Virus record (IMG/VR): IMGVR_UViG_3300031555_002574
Strand: one strand, 5' to 3'
Origin: an uncultured virus (IMG/VR IMGVR_UViG_3300031555_002574)
Lineage: Duplodnaviria > Heunggongvirae > Uroviricota > Caudoviricetes
Length of the DNA: 20,000 nt
Shown: positions 8,359 through 17,300 of the stretch, one piece after another
Position numbering within the stretch: position 1 is the first letter of the stretch
Layout of the letters: every line of letters begins with the position of its first letter
Translations under genes and position numbers: made by a program
Notes under the pieces: generated by a model
Databases searched by the model: none
What the model saw: the letters and a program-made list of their open reading frames with translations, nothing else
Told to the model about the DNA's origin: nothing

Positions 8359-11300
8359 ATGTCAATTAATACAGGTGATAACTTTAATTATTTAGGTAAA
8401 AAATTCCTAGATTCAAGACAATCATTTGATACGGTAGAACAAATGGTAATGTGTTCAGACGTTCCAGATGGATTTATAACATATTGTAAATCAGATGGAT
8501 TAAGATATGAATATTTATCTTCAAATGAAAATGATGAGTTATTAGGTAAATGGCGTATACACAATGGTGGTATGTCAGATGAAGAAAAAGAATTATTAAA
8601 TTTAAAATTCGATGACGTTGAAACGAATAATGAAGCCGATGAACTAGGTAACGTGTTCACAGTTATGAGATTTTTATCTAACGGAGAAGTTGTAAAAACT
8701 GTAAAATTCCAAGGTGGTGGAGGAACTGGTATGCTGGGAGGTACATTAAGCACTTCTTTACCAGAATCTTCATCAATAAACGAAAATGATAAATTAACTA
8801 TACCTTTCACATTCACATCTAACAACTGGGGTGAAGGGACTATACATATAACTATAGTTAACGGTGATACATCAAGAGAATTAATATATAGTGTTAAAAA
8901 ACAAGGTACTAGTACTGTAAATATAGGATATTTAGCTAAAGGTACTAACTATATATCTATGTACGTAGTCGATGCATTACAAAAAATGACAAATGTTGTA
9001 ACTATTACAGTAGTTTGTGGAGCTTTAGAGCTTTCATCTACTTTTGATGCTTCTAGAGACTTTGCATCATACGAAACTATAACTATACCTTTTAGAGTAA
9101 GTGCACTTAATGCTGATGAAGAACTTACATTAAATGTAGTTATAGATGGTGATGTTATATCTCAAGTTGTAGGAAATGGATATGGAAATTTCATTATACC
9201 TGAAAAATATAAAACAATAGGTGTTCATAAAGTATCAATGCAAATCGTTACAGCTACAACAATGTCAAAAGAATTGAATTATACAGTAATAGTAGTTGAT
9301 AATGCGCATATATTCTTAAGTTCTGAACAAGAAAGATACGAAGTAGAATTAGGATATGACATCCAAATACCTTATAGACTTTCTACTACAAGAATAGATT
9401 CTTATGTTGCAAAAGTGTTTATAAATGATGAATTACATCTATCAAATGAAGTTGAAGTTGGAGTTAATAAAATTTCTCTATCATATAGAATGTTCTCAAC
9501 TGGTACGTATTCAATATTAATAGATGCAGCTAATGGTGACGGAACTATAACAGATCAATTAGAGTTAACATTGGTAATAAAAGCATCATCGTTCTCAAGA
9601 ATAGAACCAGTTGAAATCGGTCTTGAAGCATTCTTTGATATGAGTACAGGAGATAATACTAGTACAACTAGAGATGTATTAGAATCTATAGTTCCAAACT
9701 CTAAGAAAGAATATTATAAAATGTACTTACATGATTACAACTATGCTACAAATGGTTGGCTAAATGGTAGACTTGTAAGTAACGGTACTGCATGGGCAGA
9801 AATAGATTATAAACCATTAGAAAACAACGTAAAAGAAGGATTTACATTTGATATCCTATTTAAAAACTATAATGTTGGTTTAAATGATGCTAAAGTTGTA
9901 AACTGTATAAGTACAGAAGCTAATAGTGTTGGGTTTGCTATAGACTCAGAGAAAGCTATAGCTGCAACAGATGCCAATACATTAAAAACATATTATACTG
10001 ATAGAGAAGATATGAGGGTAACATTTGTTGTCAATAGAGCTAGTGTTTACTACAAAGAATTTATTATAGATGAAAACGGACATTCAGTTCCAAATCCAAA
10101 TCCAACATATGAACCAAACCCTATGATACAAACTTATTTAAATGGGGTTTTAACAGATGTTGCGATGTTATCAGATACTGGAAGTGGATCTAATAAAGTA
10201 TACGAAATGTTCCAAAATGGTGAAAAAATACTTATAAATACAGATAAAATTAAATCATGTTTCGGGAACTGTGAAATAAGATCTATATTAATATATAGTA
10301 GACCATTAGAACATGAAGAAGTATTAAATAACTACATGTCAGGATTTGACGATTTAAATACTCAAAGAGAATTATATAATAAAAACTATATAACAATAGA
10401 TAACGATATGCCTACAGTTTATATAAACGATAGTGAAATAGGCGATTATAATCTAATGACTAAAGATAATAAACAATGGATGATAATTCAATATGTATCA
10501 CCAGATAAAGATAGATTCGGTGACAGTTTTGAATTAATGGGTCAAACAACATGGCAAGGTACATCATCACTTGCTTACCCAATTAAAAACTATAAATTTA
10601 AGTTATATGATTGGGCTAGAGATGAAAATGGTGAAATTATAGAAGCAACTAAATGGGATACTAGTACTTATACTAAGAAAAAAATAGATATGTATCCTAC
10701 TTCAGGCAATGGGTATAAAGAAAACGTATTCTGTTTAAAAGCTGACTATATGGATAGTTCACACTGTAGAAATACAGGTACAGCTAGAATATGTAATGAC
10801 TTCCTATTTGATGGATATCCTAACCCTGCAAAACAAATAGATCCTAAAACAAGGGATACAATCAACGGACATCCATGTCAAGTATATGTTAACGGAAGAT
10901 GGATGGGTGTATATAACTTCAACCATGATAAATCATGTACTAAATCATTAGGATTAGAAACTGTAGAACATACTGTTCGTTGGGAAATAAAAGCGAACTC
11001 AAATACATCTGCAGGGGCATTCTTTAAAACATGGAGTAATATAGAAGAATGTTATGCAGCAATAACTGCTGACTTTGAAATAGTATACGATGAAGATGCT
11101 TATGAAGGTAAAACTGGTGAGTACGATTTAACTAAATATTATGATGAGTTAGGATTCGCTTATGATGGTGATTCAGTTAAAGGTACTTACTATGATTATG
11201 CTATATTATCACTTGCTAGATTTGTAAACTTCGTTGCTACAGCAGATGAAGAAACTTGGTTAGCACATAGTGATGAATATTTTAATAAAATTCAAGCTTG

Positions 11301-14300
11301 TCGTTATTACTTAAACGTTATGACATTAGGTATGATAGACAACTTTGCTAAAAACTGTATAATCAACATGTATGGAGATGATATATGGTGGTTCAGTTTC
11401 TATGATATGGACTCCTCTTTAGGATTAGATAATACAGGATATAATAAATTTGATTGTGATATCGAACCTAGATTCGAAGGTATTTATAACTGTTCTACTT
11501 CTAATATGTGGGTTAAATTAAATGAGTGGAATCAAAATGATTTATTTGATCAATTCAAAACTATACGTGAAGATAAATATACTTATGAAAACGTATTAAA
11601 TTATCTTATAAATAATCAAATAGATCTTATACCTGCAAGACTTTATAATAAGGATATGTATAGTAAGTATATAAGTCAAGGTAGACAATATCTTCATATG
11701 TTACACGGTAATAATAAAGACCACTTAAAACGTTGGTTATATAATCGTTTCTTATATGTAGATAGTTTATTCTTACAACAAAACAGTCCATATACAAAAC
11801 AAAATATAACAGTTCGTTCTTGTGCACCAACATGGGCGGCACCAAAATATAATAGTGCAGGTGAGGTTATATCTTCTTATACTGCTAGATTCGAAATTCA
11901 AACTTATACACCACAATACGTTACTGTATGTTGGAGAAAAAATACATATGAAACAAAACGTGTTGGATGGGGAGAAACTGTAGTATTTGAACGTGATATG
12001 GTTAATGACCAAGATAATGAACTTATCATATACAACGCAACAGGTTTAAAATCATTAGGGGATATGAGTTGTAATAACCCAACATCAATAGATATAGGGG
12101 CAGCAACAAGACTTATTGAATTTAAATGTGAAAACTGTAATAAACTTGTAAAAACTGATATATCTAAAAATACTTATATGAGAAAAGCATCATTTAAAAA
12201 CTGTTCTATTTTAGGTACAGTATCAGGTGGTTCAAATGTTATAGATATTTCAACTTGTACTAACTTAACAGAAATAGATATTAGGGGTACACAACTTACT
12301 TCAGTTGTTACAGGAGGATATGGAGGTAACTTAATTAAAATACTATATCCTGAATCTATTCAAAGTATAGTTTTAGAAAATCAAGCTAACTTAGAAATTG
12401 TCGGTATACCTTATGGGTATGATAACTTATTAGAGGATAATAATTTCTTCAATATGCAAAGAAGTACGACAAATATTAGTATAGACAGTGATTTTGTATC
12501 AGTTATCGCAGGTGAGCCATTAAGATTAGGTTTATATGACGGTTACACTGTAAAAGATTGGTACACTATGAAATCAGAAATTGAAATGGTATATAGCTTA
12601 CACGTAGAAGAATATGATTTTTATCATAATTTATTAAATTCTTCTTGCTTAATAGATAAAGCATCAGTAACATATGATGTTGAAAATATCGGTTTACATG
12701 ATTTTTCTCCAAGAAGTAATACATGTTTTGTAAAACTTAAATTTGTTTGTGAAAATTTACCATTAGGAACAACTGCTATAAAAACTGCTAATGAAATAGC
12801 AAGAACGTTTAGATTATTCTATGTGGATAAATGGGAAGATTTATTATTAGCAAATAATTTAATAACTTTCAGTGCTACTGAATGTAATAAACTTAAACAA
12901 ATTAAGTACCCATATAAAGAAACTGATGAATTATCATTACAACCAGTATTAGCAGTACAAAACTTAACAATAGAAGATGCGTTCCCTAATTTAACTGAAT
13001 TTAATATTAGTGGATTTAACAATTTAGGTTACTTAACAATAATTGATATGCCTAATCTAACAAATATCAAATTCAATGACCTTATTCCTTATGGTGGGGA
13101 AAGAAAACTTAAAACTATAACTATAGGTAATACACCTAATATAACACATGTTGAATTTAACGTTTCATCTAGTGATTATGAAGTTTCATTTGCAGATGGA
13201 GCTGTAATAGATTTAGGTGCCGTTACATCAATACAAAAAATCGAATGTAATACTTTCATAAAAGGACTTTCTAAATTAATAGTTCCTACATCAATGAAAA
13301 AATTCGATTTCAACGGTACTTATGGTGACGGTATATCTAGTATAACAAATATCTGGAGTTATAATGGTATACATAGTGAGTTAGAAGGATTTGAAGGTAT
13401 AGACTTTAAAGACTTAGAACTAGAATATTTCGATATGAAAGGTATAAGTAATATAACTAATGCTATAAACTTCAATATCAGACCTACAGATACACATCCT
13501 AACTTAAATACTTTAAGGGATGGAAGTATATATAAACCATATTTTAGACCACAAGGTATATTAAATCTAGATGATTATACAGGCGATTTTGCTTATATGT
13601 GTAAAGGACTAGATTTATCTAAAATGCAAATAATATTAACTAAAAACAAACCAGACATTGTTAATTTTACTAGTTTATTTGAAGGTGCTATTGTACCTGT
13701 AGAAAGTAAACTCGACGCTCTTGTAAGAGTGAATAATTTTATCGCAAGATGTCCGAATGTACGTTATTATTCATCTATGTTTAAAGGAGCAGATATTTCA
13801 TTTGAACCTGATGAAATAGTATTAAATACTGAGCAATATATAATGATGGATAGCATGTTTGAAAACAGTAGTGTTTCTAGAGATATTGTTATACCAATAA
13901 ATGCAACTGATGTTACACACATGTTTAAAGGTTGTAAAAATATGGTTGAATATGTTAACAACTGGGAAAATCCTGAATACGATAAAGTTCCTCATGAAGA
14001 CTGTTATGCTGAAACAGGTGGAGATATGCGATTAATCGAACCTGACTGGGGAGGATTAGGATTAACAGCTAAAAACGTGAGTATATTTACAATAACTATA
14101 CCTACAGATAATTATGTTTGTCAATTAGTTCCTGAAAGTTATGAATTTACTACAGATTACGCATATATCGATTGGGGTGATAAATCAACATCGAATGGTA
14201 CTAGAGTACATACATATGCTTATGCAGGAGAATATACAGTTACTGCACAATTATCTATATTAAATCGTACTGATAGAGCTAAATTCTTAGAAGAAAATTT

Positions 14301-17300
14301 AATTTCTATTTCTCAATTAGCATATAAAACACATAGTGGTGGTTTCCGTTATTATAATGCATTAAGAGATATACAACTATCTGAAAAAAATAAATTCATC
14401 GGTAGTTGTGATTACAAGTTCTCTGGTTTAAAATTAAATTCATGGGATTTCTTAAGCAAGTTAGACACTTCAGCAATAACTAGTATGTATAGTCTATTCT
14501 ATAGAAGTAATATAACATCATTAGAACCATTAACTAATTGGAATGTTGATAATGTAACTAATATAGCTAATATGTTCGGTGGTTGTTCAGGAATAACATC
14601 GATAGAACCATTAACTAATTGGAATGTTGATAAAGTAACTAGTATGATTGAGTTGTTCAGTGGTTGTGATAAATTAACATCATTAGAACCTTTAAGAAAT
14701 TGGAATGTTGGTAAAGTAACTAATATGAATGGTATATTTGTTGGTTGTAAATCATTAACATCATTAGAACCTTTAACTAATTGGAATGTTGGTAATGCAA
14801 CTAATATTGCTAATATGTTCCGAGAATGTTCAGGATTAACATCAATAGAAGCTTTAACTAATTGGAAAGTTGATAATGCAAAAGATATGAGTTATATGTT
14901 CCAAGATTGTAAAGCAATAACATCATTAGAACCATTAACTAATTGGAAAGTTGATAATGTAACTAATATAAGTTTTATGTTCCAAGGTTGTTCAGGAATA
15001 ACATCATTAGAACCATTAACTAATTGGAAAGTTGATAAAGTAACTAGTATGGCTCATACGTTCAATAGTTGTAAAGCAATAACAACATTAGAACCTATAG
15101 CTAATTGGAATATTGATAATGTAAAAGATATGAATAATACATTCCAAGGTTGTTCAGGAATAACATCATTAGAACCTATAACTAATTGGAATGTTGATAA
15201 TGTAAAATATTTGACTAGTACGTTCGGTAATTGTACAGGATTAACATCATTAGAACCTTTAAGAAATTGGAATGTTGATAATGTAGAAGATATGCAAAAT
15301 ACGTTCATGAATTGTACAGGAATAACAACATTAGAACCATTAACTAATTGGAATGTTGATAAAGTAACTGCTATGAGTCATATGTTCGATGGTTGTAAAG
15401 CAATAACATCATTAGAACCTATAGCTAATTGGACTGTTGATAATGTAACTAATATGAAAAATATGTTCGGTTATTGTACAGGATTAACATCATTAGAACC
15501 TATAGCTAATTGGACTGTTGATAATGTAACTACTATGAATGCTATGTTCAATGGTTGTTCAGGATTAACATCATTAACAGGATTAGAAAATTGGAATGTT
15601 AGTAAAGTAGAGGATATCTCACATTTATTCAACGGTTGTACAGGATTAACATCATTAGAACCTTTAACTAATTGGAATGTTAGTAAAGTAACGTTTATGC
15701 TTAGTATGTTCAATGGTTGTTCAGGATTAACAACATTAGCAGGATTAGAAAACTGGAAAACAACTAACTTGAAAACGTTATATGCTACGTTCATGGGTTG
15801 TACTTCTTTAACATCAGCAGAAGCGATAGGTGGTTGGGATGTTAGTAATGTGTCGGATATTTATTGTCTATTCTATAATTGTACTGCATTAAAAACGTTA
15901 GAAGCTTTATCTAATTGGAACCTTAGTAATTTAAATAGTGCTCTTAATTTCCTTTCAGGATCAGGTGTAAAATATTTAAATTTAGCAAATACAACTTTAT
16001 CTAAATCTAGTGCAATGGATTTAAAAGACTATACGTATATAGAAGTAATAAGAGCTGATTATATAACAGATAAAGTAAAATTACAAGAATTAATAAATTC
16101 ATTACCAGTATCAAATAAGGATAGATATATATTTACTCCACTAGATGTAACACCTAAACAAGGATGGGTTATAAAAGACCCTAGAGTATTAGCTGTTTAT
16201 ACTTGTAGTAGACCTAATCAAGTACCTCAATGTACAGCTAACTTCACTAAAACAGAAGTAGACAATGGTGATGGAACATATACAACTACACTAAGAGTAG
16301 AAACTATGGATGATATACAAGATGTTATTTTCACTGGTATGGAATATTTGGTATCAGTAGATCTTGTAAATACTACAAATATGACTAATATGACTAATAT
16401 GTTCAAAGATTGTGTTAATTTAACTAGAGTGGATGGTAGTACTTGTAGTACTAAAAATGTAACTAATATGAATAGGATGTTTGAAGGATGTAAATCGTTA
16501 TTATCATTAAATACATTAAGTAATTGGAATACTTACAATGTAACTGATATAGATTATATATTCAGTGGTTGTTCGAAATTAACTTCATTAGTAGGACTAG
16601 AAAATTGGACTTTTACTAATATAACTAGTTTGTTAGGTATGTTCCAAAATTGTACAGGATTAACTTCATTAGAACCATTAAGAAATTGGGATGTTGATAA
16701 TATAGTTAGTTTACAAAGTTTATTCCATAGATGTAATTCAATAACTTCATTAGAACCATTAAGTAATTGGAATGTTAGTAAAGTAACTAGTATATCATAT
16801 TTATATTATGAGTGTTCGAAATTAACTTCATTAGTAGGATTAGAAGAATGGAATGTTGGTAATGCAACTGCTATAGGTTATATGTGCTATGGTTGTAAAG
16901 CATTAACTTCATTAGAACCATTAAGAAATTGGGATGTTAGCAATGTAAATAGCATGTACGGTACGTTCCAAGGTTGTTCAGGATTAACTTCATTAGAAGG
17001 ATTAGAAGAATGGGATGTTGGTAATGTAACTACTATGGAATATGCATTTATTGGTTGTAGTTCAATAACTTCATTAGAACCATTAAGAAATTGGAATGTT
17101 AGTAATGTAACTAATATGACTTATACGTTCAGTGGTTGTAAAGCATTAACTTCATTAGCAGGATTAGAAGAATGGAATGTTAGTAGCTTATCTGCTACGG
17201 CTTATACATTCTACCATTGTGATAATATAACTTCAATCGATGCATTGAGTGGATGGGATACTAATAGTTTAACTAATATAGGTTATGCATTCAATGCTTG

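Noticed and set aside
8388..13961. Minus-strand ORFs at 8388-8825, 11627-11845, 11773-12012, 12819-13022 and 13767-13961
   Set aside because: Entirely inside the giant plus-strand CDS, with no recognisable protein features
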